From NCBI GenBank assembly GCA_963700065.1, contig CAVOWJ010000007.1, forward strand, positions 786,637 through 850,636: a stretch of DNA of 64,000 bases. The letters run 5' to 3'. Each line of letters begins with the position of its first letter. Positions within the stretch are counted from its first letter, which is position 1. This DNA comes from an uncultured Acidobacteriota bacterium (GTDB lineage: Bacteria; Acidobacteriota; Vicinamibacteria; Vicinamibacterales; JAKQTR01). A program made the position numbers and the translations under genes. Positions 55,988 through 64,000 of the stretch are shown in pieces. Under the pieces are notes generated by a model. The model saw only the letters and a program-made list of their open reading frames with translations, did no database searches and was not told where the DNA came from.

Positions 55988-56335
55988 TTGCCCCCGGAGC
56001 CGCGAGGTGCGGTCGCCGTGCCCACTCCCATCGACAAACCCGTGACGGCCGCGGCCGGGACGCAGTTCACGATCGAACTCGAGTCCAACCCGACGACCGG
56101 CTACGAATGGCAACCCGTGTTCAGCCCCGAGAAGGTCCGGCTGGTCCGCCGCCAACTGTTGCGCGGCGGACGGCAGGCGGACGGCGAGGGGCCCGCGTTC
56201 GGCGCCGGGGGCACCGCGCGGTTCGTGTTCGAGGCGCTCGCCGCGGGCACGACGACCATCCGGATGGCGCTCAAGCGGTCCTGGGAGCCGGCCGCCATCG
56301 TGGAGCGCAGCTATCGCGTCGTCGTCCGCCGCTGA
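55988..56335 (+). CDS. chagasin-family (I42) cysteine peptidase inhibitor
   Basis: The three chagasin loop motifs are present: NPTTGYEW, FGAGGT and KRSWE. The start is uncertain (TTG 55988 or GTG 56018). No signal peptide seen. Confidence 0.8.
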   Translation: MPPEPRGAVAVPTPIDKPVTAAAGTQFTIELESNPTTGYEWQPVFSPEKVRLVRRQLLRGGRQADGEGPAFGAGGTARFVFEALAAGTTTIRMALKRSWEPAAIVERSYRVVVRR

Positions 56336-56425
56336 CGATCCCCCGGCAGCGCCGGGGGCCTCCCGTGGCGGCTAGCCGCCAGGCGGTGAACCAATCGTCT
56401 CGCGCCAGCCACCCTCCGTGACCGG

Positions 56426-56980
56426 CTACCGAGTGAGCTGTGCCAGAATCCCCAGGTGTTCCCGCACCGCGACCCGGCGCAGGGTATCCGCGGTTCCCGG
56501 ACCGCCGAGCGCCAGCGCGGGCTCGAACGCGTAGCATTCGTCGCGCGTCGGCGGCCCGAGCCGGGCGACTGCTTCGCGATACAGGGACACGCGGAGGATC
56601 TTCTCCGCGATCTCCTTGTCGCACAGCAGCGTGAAGATGCGGTGGATCCGCTTTGTCACTTCACTGATGCTCCCCCCGTGCACATCCAGGCTGTAGACCG
56701 CGCCGTTGTGCCAGAAGTAGAGATGACCGAACGCGGTACGAAGGAAGACCAGCGGCTTCGTTGCCGTCACTTCGATCCAGTCTTCGAGGATGCCGTCGAA
56801 CTGGCGCGGATCGGTCAGCCAGAGCAGGCCGTTTCCGTACGAACACCAGCCCGCCTCGCGCCACTGGGCGATCAACTGCTCGGGTAGCGCGGCCTGAAAC
56901 GCCTCGTATGCGTCCTCGCCCGGTGTCTGGCATTCCGCCGGCGGTCCGTACCGCTGCTCGAAGTCCTGGAATTGCCCCAT
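56426..56980 (-). CDS. GAD-like + DUF1851 immunity protein (Tdi-type)
   Basis: ALPEQLIAQWREAGWCSYGNGLLWLTDPRQF is GAD-like. FLRTAFGHLYFW...DECYAFEPALALGGPG...HLGILAQL is DUF1851-like. It starts 27 nt after the toxin stop. Confidence 0.8.
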   Translation of the reverse strand: MGQFQDFEQRYGPPAECQTPGEDAYEAFQAALPEQLIAQWREAGWCSYGNGLLWLTDPRQFDGILEDWIEVTATKPLVFLRTAFGHLYFWHNGAVYSLDVHGGSISEVTKRIHRIFTLLCDKEIAEKILRVSLYREAVARLGPPTRDECYAFEPALALGGPGTADTLRRVAVREHLGILAQLTR

Positions 56981-57007
56981 CGCATTCTCCCCTTTCGCGA
57001 ACCGTTG

Positions 57008-60000
57008 TCACGGCGTGAAGCCCTTGGCTATCAGTGTGACGTTGATCCGTCGCTTCGGCTTGTCTTTTTCGTCCAGGGCATCGACGGCGCCCTGCAGCTT
57101 CGTGGCCCTGGTCTTCCACTGGGAACCGATGGAAGAGTTTATGTAGCGCGAACCGAGCTTGGCAATGACATTGAACCCGCCGGCGATGAGATCCGGTTCG
57201 TGCAGCGCGGCCAGGCGCTCCAGCTCGTCCTCGACTTCCTGCGCCGTCTTCTTTGGATGTCGAGCCGCCAGGTCCTTGCGATAGAGATCGCGTACTTCGT
57301 CCTGCGGAACGCCCGAGCCGCGGCCCTGATCGGCATAGGCGGCGCGGTTCTTCAGCCAGTCGGTAACGGAGATGGCGTTCAGGCCCGACGCCTGGCCATC
57401 GAGTTGGGCCTGGTAGGTGGCCAGCACGTACTTGTTCAGATTGCAGTCGAAGGGAATCGAGACCAGCTTCATCGGCTTCAGTGTGCTGGGCTCCGGCACA
57501 TCCTCGCCCGGCGCGGCAACCGGCGTCTTGGTCACCACCTTGATGCCCAGGTTGCGTTCCTTCTTGGGGCTGGCCGACGCCTCGACCCACCACGAGCCGC
57601 CGCGCTCGAACGCGCTGATCGACTTCAGCTGGTAGCGGACGCTGATGCCGGCGAGCGCCGGCTGCAGCAGCGCCTTGGTGAAGCGGTTGCCCAGCACTCT
57701 GGCGGAGGTGACCGCCGCGCCGAGCGCGAGATCGGTCCGCTTGCCGGGATCTTGCGGCACACCGGCCTGGAGCAGGAACTTGCCCAGCTTCTTCGCCAGG
57801 TTGACGATGAAGTTCACCAGCCAGTCCAGCGCCTTGTCGATCGGGGCGCGGATCTTCGCGATGACGCCCATGATCTTGCTGGCGACGTTGCCCAGGCCGG
57901 CGAAGCCGGCCAGGAAGCTGATCGCCAGCGACAGCAGCCCGGCGAGGATCGACTCGACCTTCGCCGCGGCGGCGCCGATGTTGCCGGCGGCGATCTGGAC
58001 AATCGAGCCGATGAAGGCGTTGACCACCTCGATGATCCTCGAGATCTTCTCCACGAAGACCATCACCGTGCCGTAGATCGAGATGATCGCCGAGATGAAG
58101 CCCGCGCCGGGGATGAACATGGCGATCAGCCTCGGGACTGCCTTCTTGACCACGGCATCCACCACCAGGTCGGTGATGCCGCCAATCACCATGTCCTTCA
58201 GATTGGCCAGCTGCTCCTTGATTCTGTCCCACGCCGCCGCCGGGCCCTTCGTCACCAGGGTGACGACGATGTCGAAGCCTTTCTCCATCGCCGAGACGAC
58301 GGTTTCGCTGGTCGCCTTCACCAGCTTCTGGCGGATGTTGGCCCACGTCAGGCCGAGCACCGAGAACGCGAACTTGGCGATCTCCGGCAGCGTGAGCGCC
58401 TTCGGGATGTAGATGCCCGGCAGCGACCCGGTGAGCCACTCGATCAGACCGGCCTTGAGATGCTGCAGGAAGCGGCCGGCGAAGCCGGTGAACCCGGCCT
58501 TGGCCGCGGCGACGAGATTGCCCACGAACGGGATCGGGTTCTTGAGAATGCTCTTCAGCGCGGCGCCGGTCCGCTGCACGTAGCCCCACGCGCCCGGGCT
58601 GACGACGTCGAAGACGATCTCCAGCAGCTTCCACGCGGTGTCGGCAGCCCACGAGATGAAGCGGCCGACGAAGTCGCCGAACACCTTGCCGACCTTCACG
58701 AACGCCAGCGGCAGCAGGATGATGTCGGCGAGTTCGAGCGACGTGAGCGCCTTGATGAAGAGCGCCGGGATCTCCCTGACGAACCCGCCCAGCTGCTCCA
58801 TCGCCGTCTGGAACCACGTCCAGGCGCGCGAGACGGCATTGGCCTCCTGCATCTTCGCCCACACGTCGCCCTGGCCGGCGAGCTTCATGAAGCCGCCGAT
58901 CACGGTATCGGGCGTGCGCGGGTACGACTCGCCGGTGACCGGGTCCTTCTTGAGCACCGCCTTGAGCAGGTCGTAGCCGGGCAGCCCCTGCGCCAGGCCG
59001 CCGAGGGGCCGGAGAATCGCGTCCTTGATCAGCTCGATGAAGCCGCTGGCGAGCCCCACGATGAAGGTTTTCGCCTGGTCGATGGGACCCGTGAAGAGCC
59101 TCTTGGCCCGTTCCCAGGTCTTGAACGGGCTGAGGAGGATGTCGTCGCCGCCGATGCTGTTGATGAAGCCGACGATCGCATCGCGAATCGCGCCGCCGAG
59201 CGACTTCAGGGTGGCGATCTGCGCCATGAACCAGGCCGCGGCCCTGTCGATGATGCCGTGGTTGTCCAGGGCGCGGACAATCAGCCCGCCGCCCGGGACG
59301 AGTTCGATCAGCGCGCGCAGCACGTTGGCCGGCGTGCGATCGGCCGCGCTCATGTTGATCGGGTTGACGCCAACGATGATCGTGAACAGCCGGAAGCCCG
59401 GGATGTCGTTGGCCTTGCCCGCCACCCAGTCCAGCCCCTCGCTGAGCCACGAGCCCTGGATCATCTCGGGCGTCGAGTGGGAGACCGTCACGTCCTCGCT
59501 GCGCTGCACCGCCGCACCCTGCTGAATCGTGTGCGTCAGCTCGTGGGCGATCAGCTCCTGGCCTTCGGCGGTCTCCGGCCTGAAGCGGTCCTTGCCGAAG
59601 AACACCTGGTTGCCGAACGCGAAGGCGCGCGCCCCCACCTGCCGGGTGAGCGCGGCCGCCTTGTCGCCGGTGTGGACGCGCACCTTGCCGAAGTCGGCAC
59701 GAAAGCGCGGCTCCATGAAGCGCTTCACGCGCTCCGGCAGGGGCCGGCCCGCCAGCTTCGCCGCCGCCAGCTCCGCCGCGAAACCGGGGCCTGCCTGCGC
59801 CGGCGCCGCGTCGGCCTTGCGTGCGACCGACCGCGCCGCGCGGCCGATCTGCAGGTGCGCGAACCGCGCGGTGTACGGCGATTCCCACGACCGAGCCACG
59901 GCCGCCTCGCGCGCGGCCATGCGCATCACCTTCCTGGCGGCCGATTCGGCCTCTTTCTCCTCGGGATCCGACGGCTTCGAAACGCGCACCGCGGCCGCCG

Positions 60001-60097
60001 CCTGCAGCCGCGGCGCAGCGGCGGCGCGCACCACCGGCGGCGTGGGCGCCGGCGCCCCGGTACGGCCGATGGATTTCTGCTGCAGCGCCGCGCCCAT
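57008..60097 (-). CDS. DUF4157 (eCIS-type zincin-like N-domain) polymorphic toxin with C-terminal Ntox15/toxin_43-like HxxD nuclease domain
   Basis: Preferred start MGAALQQKSIGRTG (ATG 60097, 7 nt after the ATPase stop). DUF4157 signature: PLPERVKRFMEPRFRADFGKVRVHTGDKAA...GARAFAFGNQVFFG...LIAHELTHTIQQ. Long hydrophobic-helical middle region. C-terminus reads LAALHEPDLIAGG (HxxD). Confidence 0.85.
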   Translation of the reverse strand: MGAALQQKSIGRTGAPAPTPPVVRAAAAPRLQAAAAVRVSKPSDPEEKEAESAARKVMRMAAREAAVARSWESPYTARFAHLQIGRAARSVARKADAAPAQAGPGFAAELAAAKLAGRPLPERVKRFMEPRFRADFGKVRVHTGDKAAALTRQVGARAFAFGNQVFFGKDRFRPETAEGQELIAHELTHTIQQGAAVQRSEDVTVSHSTPEMIQGSWLSEGLDWVAGKANDIPGFRLFTIIVGVNPINMSAADRTPANVLRALIELVPGGGLIVRALDNHGIIDRAAAWFMAQIATLKSLGGAIRDAIVGFINSIGGDDILLSPFKTWERAKRLFTGPIDQAKTFIVGLASGFIELIKDAILRPLGGLAQGLPGYDLLKAVLKKDPVTGESYPRTPDTVIGGFMKLAGQGDVWAKMQEANAVSRAWTWFQTAMEQLGGFVREIPALFIKALTSLELADIILLPLAFVKVGKVFGDFVGRFISWAADTAWKLLEIVFDVVSPGAWGYVQRTGAALKSILKNPIPFVGNLVAAAKAGFTGFAGRFLQHLKAGLIEWLTGSLPGIYIPKALTLPEIAKFAFSVLGLTWANIRQKLVKATSETVVSAMEKGFDIVVTLVTKGPAAAWDRIKEQLANLKDMVIGGITDLVVDAVVKKAVPRLIAMFIPGAGFISAIISIYGTVMVFVEKISRIIEVVNAFIGSIVQIAAGNIGAAAAKVESILAGLLSLAISFLAGFAGLGNVASKIMGVIAKIRAPIDKALDWLVNFIVNLAKKLGKFLLQAGVPQDPGKRTDLALGAAVTSARVLGNRFTKALLQPALAGISVRYQLKSISAFERGGSWWVEASASPKKERNLGIKVVTKTPVAAPGEDVPEPSTLKPMKLVSIPFDCNLNKYVLATYQAQLDGQASGLNAISVTDWLKNRAAYADQGRGSGVPQDEVRDLYRKDLAARHPKKTAQEVEDELERLAALHEPDLIAGGFNVIAKLGSRYINSSIGSQWKTRATKLQGAVDALDEKDKPKRRINVTLIAKGFTP

Positions 60098-60104
60098 GTC
60101 GTCC

Positions 60105-61448
60105 CTACGGCGCGCGGCCGTCCTTGAGGAACTCGCGGCGCACGCCGTCCTCGAGGTCATCGAGCGCGATGGCGGCGCCGCCGCGGCTGATCGCCATCAG
60201 CGACGCGTAGCGGACCACGTTCATGATCGTGCCGCCCGACAGCTCGTACCGCTCGGCGATGCGGCCGAGATCGATGCGGTCGTCGAGCGTCGCGTGCCGC
60301 GGGAACGCATCACGCCAGATGCGCAGGCGTTCGGGCGGCTTCGGCATGGGGAACTGCACGACCGACTGGAACCGTCGAACGAACGCGTCGTCGATGTTGG
60401 CGCGGAAGTTCGAGGCCAGGATGACGACGCCGTCGAACTCCTCGATGCGCTGCAGCAGGAAGCTGACCTCCTGGTTGGCGTACCGATCGTGGGAGTCCTC
60501 GACGCGCGTTCGCTTGCCAAAGAGCGCGTCCGCTTCGTCGAAGAACAGGATCCAGCCCTTGTGCTCGGCCGCGTCGAAGATCCGCGACAGGTTCTTCTCG
60601 GTCTCGCCGATGTACTTCGACACGATCAGGCTGAGATCGACCTTGTAGACGTCGCAGCCGCAGTGCTTGCCGACCAGGCACGCCGACAGCGTCTTGCCGG
60701 TGCCCGGGGGGCCGACGAACAGGCTGGTGAACCCCGGTGCCAGCTTCGCGCCCAGGCCCCAATCGCCGAGCAAGGTCCGCCCGTGCTGCACCCACTTGCG
60801 GATCTCGTCCAGCTCGGCGCGGGTCGCCGCCGGCAGCACCAGGTCGTCCCAGTCGAGCTCGGTGCGGATCAGGCGCGCCGGAAAGTCGCCGCGGAACCCG
60901 GGCTTGCGCAGCGCGCCGCTGGTGAAACGATGCAGGAAGTCGGTGCCAATCGTGAGCAGCCCGGCCAGCTGTGACTCGCCCGGGCCGACCGGCGCCAGGT
61001 GGACCACGTTGAGCCGGGCGAGGAACCCGTCGGCGGCGAACAGGCGCATGGTCTCGAAGCGCGCCGCGAGGTCGTCGCCGGCGAGCAGGAACGCGGCGGT
61101 CTCCCCGGTGGGCAGGAACCCGCCGTGGCTCGCGGCGTGCAGGCCGCCGAACTCCGCGAAGCCGCGCTGGGTGGTTTCGTTTCGCGTGCACAGCACGTCG
61201 AGCAGTTGCGGCCGGACGTGCGGGATGAGGGCCAGCAACACGATCAGCCGGACGCGCGGATCCACCTGGTGCTGGCCCAGGAAGCTCGCGTAGGGGGACG
61301 CTCCCTCCAGGGCCGGCGGCGGCAGGTAGGAATGGCCGTTGTCCGCCGCGCGGTCGAAGTACGCCTTGAGGCGCGCCTCGAGCACGGTGGCGAACCACTC
61401 GAGGTCCCGCTCGAGATCCCGCGCGTTGGCGATCAGCTCCGCGCCCAT
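60105..61448 (-). CDS. eCIS-associated AAA+ ATPase (Afp15/Pvc15-like)
   Basis: Only the C-terminal 447 aa of ORF 60105..62705 read sensibly (MGAELIANARDLERDLEWF...). Walker A GPPGTGKT, IVSKYIGETEKNL, Walker B ILFFDEADALFG, and ELSGGTIMNV. Confidence 0.85.
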   Translation of the reverse strand: MGAELIANARDLERDLEWFATVLEARLKAYFDRAADNGHSYLPPPALEGASPYASFLGQHQVDPRVRLIVLLALIPHVRPQLLDVLCTRNETTQRGFAEFGGLHAASHGGFLPTGETAAFLLAGDDLAARFETMRLFAADGFLARLNVVHLAPVGPGESQLAGLLTIGTDFLHRFTSGALRKPGFRGDFPARLIRTELDWDDLVLPAATRAELDEIRKWVQHGRTLLGDWGLGAKLAPGFTSLFVGPPGTGKTLSACLVGKHCGCDVYKVDLSLIVSKYIGETEKNLSRIFDAAEHKGWILFFDEADALFGKRTRVEDSHDRYANQEVSFLLQRIEEFDGVVILASNFRANIDDAFVRRFQSVVQFPMPKPPERLRIWRDAFPRHATLDDRIDLGRIAERYELSGGTIMNVVRYASLMAISRGGAAIALDDLEDGVRREFLKDGRAP

Positions 61449-62959
61449 TCCGTGAACAGCAGCGTGGTCATCCATGGCAGCTTGATGGGACCCAGGGCCC
61501 AGGGCAGGCGATCGATCAGCATGTCGAACGAATCCGGCTCCACGCGCAGGCGCCAGCCGCCGTCGATCGCGGTCAGCAGGCCCCGGCGCTGCAGGAACGA
61601 GCCGCGCAGGCCGGCGATCGAGGTGTGCTTCAGCGCCTGCCAGTGCTCGACCACCGACTCGAGCAGGGCGTCCACTTCGCCGCGCTCGGCAGCGCTCAGT
61701 GTCCCGGCCGGCGTGAGCACGACCGCTTCGGGACGCACGCCGAGCAGCACCTTGATCAACCCGAGTTCGAAGTCGAGCGGCTGGTCGTCGCCGAGGGCGG
61801 CGTAGGCCAGGAACGCCGCCGCGCGCGGCAACGATCCGGAATCGAGCGCGCGTGCGCCCTGAGGCGCGACTCCGAGGCGCTCGAACAGGCGAGGCAGGAA
61901 CGGATGGAGCAGGATGAGCCCGGCATGGTCCACGACGAGGCCGGGCAGGTCGTCGTCCTCGGCGACGTCGCCTGCCCGCGCTTCGAGGGGACCGGCCGGG
62001 GATACCTCTGGCGGTCGCACGGCCACGTCCGGCGGTGCGGGGCGCGAGGATGACGGCGGTGTGCCCGGCGATCCCGTGCGCGGGGCGGCTGGCCGCTCGG
62101 CCGCCAGGTCCATGAGCCGGGCCGCCGTCCACGCCGCAACTGGTGCGGGCAGGAGGGCCCGCGCAGACGCGAGTGCGGCGCCGGGCCCATTGGCCGCAAT
62201 CGGGGTCATCGGCGCAAAGAGCGAGGAGAGCTGCGACAGTGCGATTGGCACCGCACGTCGATCCAGATGCGCCACCGCCAGAATGGCCGCGGCCACTGTG
62301 CCCGGTGCCGCGCCCGCCAGGCGCGGGCCGGATCCCGCAGCGACGGCGGCGAGCGCCGCGAGCGGTTCGACGACATCCGGCGCCGGCGGCGGGCCGCCGA
62401 CCAGTCGGGCGATCGCCGTCCACTCCGCGGGCGGCGACACCTGCAGCCACCGGAACGCGTAGGCCACCGCAGCGTCGAGGGACGCAGGCATGTCCGTCGC
62501 CAGGCGGTCGCGATGCGCGAGGGCCAGGCTCATCACGTGGTCGCGTGTGGCGGTCCTGTCCAGGTTGGTGAGCGGCCACGGCAGGACGCCGGTGCGCAAA
62601 TAGTCGAGCAGCCCGTCGATGCCAGCCAGTGCGTGTTCCGCCGCCGGCCGCGATGCACGATCCTCGGCCGGCCCCGGCGGCGCCGCACGAGCCGGCGTGT
62701 CCCACACGTCCGGCCGGGCGAGCGCCTGCGCCAGCGCCGCGCCGATCCCGTCGATGTCAGGCACGATCACCGCCAGCTCGAGGCGCGGTAAATGAACGAC
62801 GGCATCGCCGGGGCCGGCGGCATCGAACGCGCGCTCGAACACGGCGAGCAGGTCCCGCTGGTGCAGCTGCCGCAGGCGCGCGCGTACCTCGAACGCCGCG
62901 TCGCGGGATCCGGCCCGGACGCGCCAGCGCAGGCGGCGGACGCGATGTGCAGCCGGCAT
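61433..62959 (-). CDS. contractile-injection-system tape-measure-like protein (Afp14-like position)
   Basis: ORF track 508 aa. The C-terminal block VVDHAGLILLHPFLPRLFERLGV...SIAGLRGSFLQRRGLL...IKLPWMTTLLFTEW matches what I recall of proteins annotated this way. It sits directly upstream of the ATPase. Confidence 0.55.
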   Translation of the reverse strand: MPAAHRVRRLRWRVRAGSRDAAFEVRARLRQLHQRDLLAVFERAFDAAGPGDAVVHLPRLELAVIVPDIDGIGAALAQALARPDVWDTPARAAPPGPAEDRASRPAAEHALAGIDGLLDYLRTGVLPWPLTNLDRTATRDHVMSLALAHRDRLATDMPASLDAAVAYAFRWLQVSPPAEWTAIARLVGGPPPAPDVVEPLAALAAVAAGSGPRLAGAAPGTVAAAILAVAHLDRRAVPIALSQLSSLFAPMTPIAANGPGAALASARALLPAPVAAWTAARLMDLAAERPAAPRTGSPGTPPSSSRPAPPDVAVRPPEVSPAGPLEARAGDVAEDDDLPGLVVDHAGLILLHPFLPRLFERLGVAPQGARALDSGSLPRAAAFLAYAALGDDQPLDFELGLIKVLLGVRPEAVVLTPAGTLSAAERGEVDALLESVVEHWQALKHTSIAGLRGSFLQRRGLLTAIDGGWRLRVEPDSFDMLIDRLPWALGPIKLPWMTTLLFTEWARS

Positions 62960-62968
62960 CCCCCGGGC

Positions 62969-64000
62969 CTAGAGCTGCAGCCCCCTGAGCAGGCCGCCGA
63001 TCATGTGCTTCATTTCCGGCCTGACGCTGGTCGGCGCCACGGTCTCTTTGAGCTTCGCCGCAACGGCGGCCGCCGCCCGGCCGCTCAGCGCGGACGTCGC
63101 CCCGGCCATCAGCGACACCGCTGCGGCGCCGTCGGTAGCGGCGTCCACGTTCGGTCCCGTGACGACGCGCCCGACCTCCGTGATCGCCTCGGCCAGTTCG
63201 GCCTCCTGCCGCAGGATTCCGGTCGCGATCTCCCTCTGCCTGGCCGGGTCGAGGGCCGGGTCGAGCAACAACTGACGCTGCTGCGCCAGACTCTGCGATC
63301 TGCCGAGCATTGATTCGACCGCCGCGCCGAGCTGCTTGTCGGTGAACGCCGGCGTCCGGGGACCCGCCTGCGAGGTCGGCATGGTGGTCTTCTTGAGGAT
63401 CTCCGTCGACTGCTGCAATGCCTTGAAGTAGGTCTCGGGGAACTTCAGCGTCGACTGCTTGAACGGCTCGAGCTCCAGCGACTTGAACTCGCCGAGGTCC
63501 ACCTTCCAACGCAGGTCCCATGGCTTGCGCACCTTCCAGGGCTTCTTCGGGATCGGCAGCGGGAGCGGCTTCGGCAGCGGCCGCGGCGCCGGCTCGGGCT
63601 CGGCGTCCTCCGGCCAGTGATACGGCAGCGTCACATCGCCGACCACCGTGCCGCCCTCGACGTAGATCAGGACGAAGGTGCCGCCGCGCGCCACGCCGCC
63701 GAGGTGCTCGGCCGCCGGATGGCGCGCGATGAAGCTCTTGAAGAGGAGCTTGTCGTCCTCATCGTCGTTCTTGTGGCCGATGATCGTGTCGAGCCACTCG
63801 GGCCAGACGGGCTTCCACGTCGTGTAGAGCGAATCGACGGGCCACCCAACCTCGGCCTTGGTGATGTCGCCCAGCGTCATGCGCATGCCGGCCGCTTGCT
63901 CGACGACGACGTCCGCGTTCTGCTTCCAGGACGTCGCGCGGTAGTCCGAGTACTTCATGTCCAGCCCGGCGACGGCGGCATCCGCCGACTTCGACACCTT
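62969..64000 (-). CDS. hypothetical eCIS-locus protein, C-terminal part only (continues past window end)
   Basis: The frame is open to the window end and has protein-like composition (DITKAEVGWPVDSLYTTWKPVWPEWLD...). The track start MSKS is an edge artefact. Confidence 0.55.
   Translation of the reverse strand, partial: KVSKSADAAVAGLDMKYSDYRATSWKQNADVVVEQAAGMRMTLGDITKAEVGWPVDSLYTTWKPVWPEWLDTIIGHKNDDEDDKLLFKSFIARHPAAEHLGGVARGGTFVLIYVEGGTVVGDVTLPYHWPEDAEPEPAPRPLPKPLPLPIPKKPWKVRKPWDLRWKVDLGEFKSLELEPFKQSTLKFPETYFKALQQSTEILKKTTMPTSQAGPRTPAFTDKQLGAAVESMLGRSQSLAQQRQLLLDPALDPARQREIATGILRQEAELAEAITEVGRVVTGPNVDAATDGAAAVSLMAGATSALSGRAAAAVAAKLKETVAPTSVRPEMKHMIGGLLRGLQL

Noticed and set aside
53969-60127. 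ORFs 53969..56155 (-, 728 aa), 56661..59888 (-, 1075 aa) and 56972..60127 (+, 1051 aa).
   Set aside because: They are shadow frames of the C1 protease/chagasin genes and of the DUF4157 toxin. They have Arg/Gly/Asp-rich nonsense-like sequence with no motifs.
1-64000. A search by eye for tRNA, rRNA, tmRNA and CRISPR repeats.
   Set aside because: I found no cloverleaf-like or rRNA-like segments and no spaced direct repeats. This needs tRNAscan, Infernal and a CRISPR finder to be definitive.

Overview
High-GC bacterial chromosomal window. The gene content resembles soil Acidobacteriota or Gemmatimonadota, but that taxon is inference only. Because of the GC content, almost every region carries long shadow ORFs in several frames. 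Calls therefore rest on recognisable protein motifs, signal peptides, Shine-Dalgarno sites and abutting reading frames, not on ORF length. Content from left to right: (1) 0.3-9.4 kb holds a giant secreted surface-protein gene followed by an N-terminally truncated tandem 'orphan' copy. Each copy is followed by a diverged 241-aa partner ORF. (2) 9.7-25.4 kb holds secreted hydrolases and peptidases (a VPS10/BNR protein, an M16 pair, an M24 peptidase), a membrane-sensor Ser/Thr kinase operon, an APC permease and a family-5 ABC binding protein. (3) 25.9-34.6 kb holds two paralogous S8 subtilases whose C-termini are perfect IIWGDR hexapeptide arrays (27 and 12 units of 18 bp). It also holds two decayed S8 remnants and WD40, DUF5674-like and HTH genes. 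(4) 34.6-45.7 kb is an accessory island that looks lower in GC. It contains nested IS701/IS21/IS256/IS3 remnants, an orphan sigma-54 activator, a 1120-aa TIR-KAP P-loop NTPase (candidate conflict/defence gene) and an S8 pseudogene. (5) 45.9-53.9 kb holds uncharacterised operons. (6) 54.5-56.3 kb holds a leaderless papain-like C1 protease plus a chagasin (I42) inhibitor. (7) 56.4-64 kb is the distal end of an extracellular contractile injection system: a tape-measure-like protein, an AAA+ ATPase, a DUF4157-Ntox15 (HxxD) toxin and a GAD-like/DUF1851 immunity protein. About ten unrelated genes need a single-base frame correction, which looks like consensus indel error rather than biology. I recognised no rRNA, tRNA or CRISPR array.
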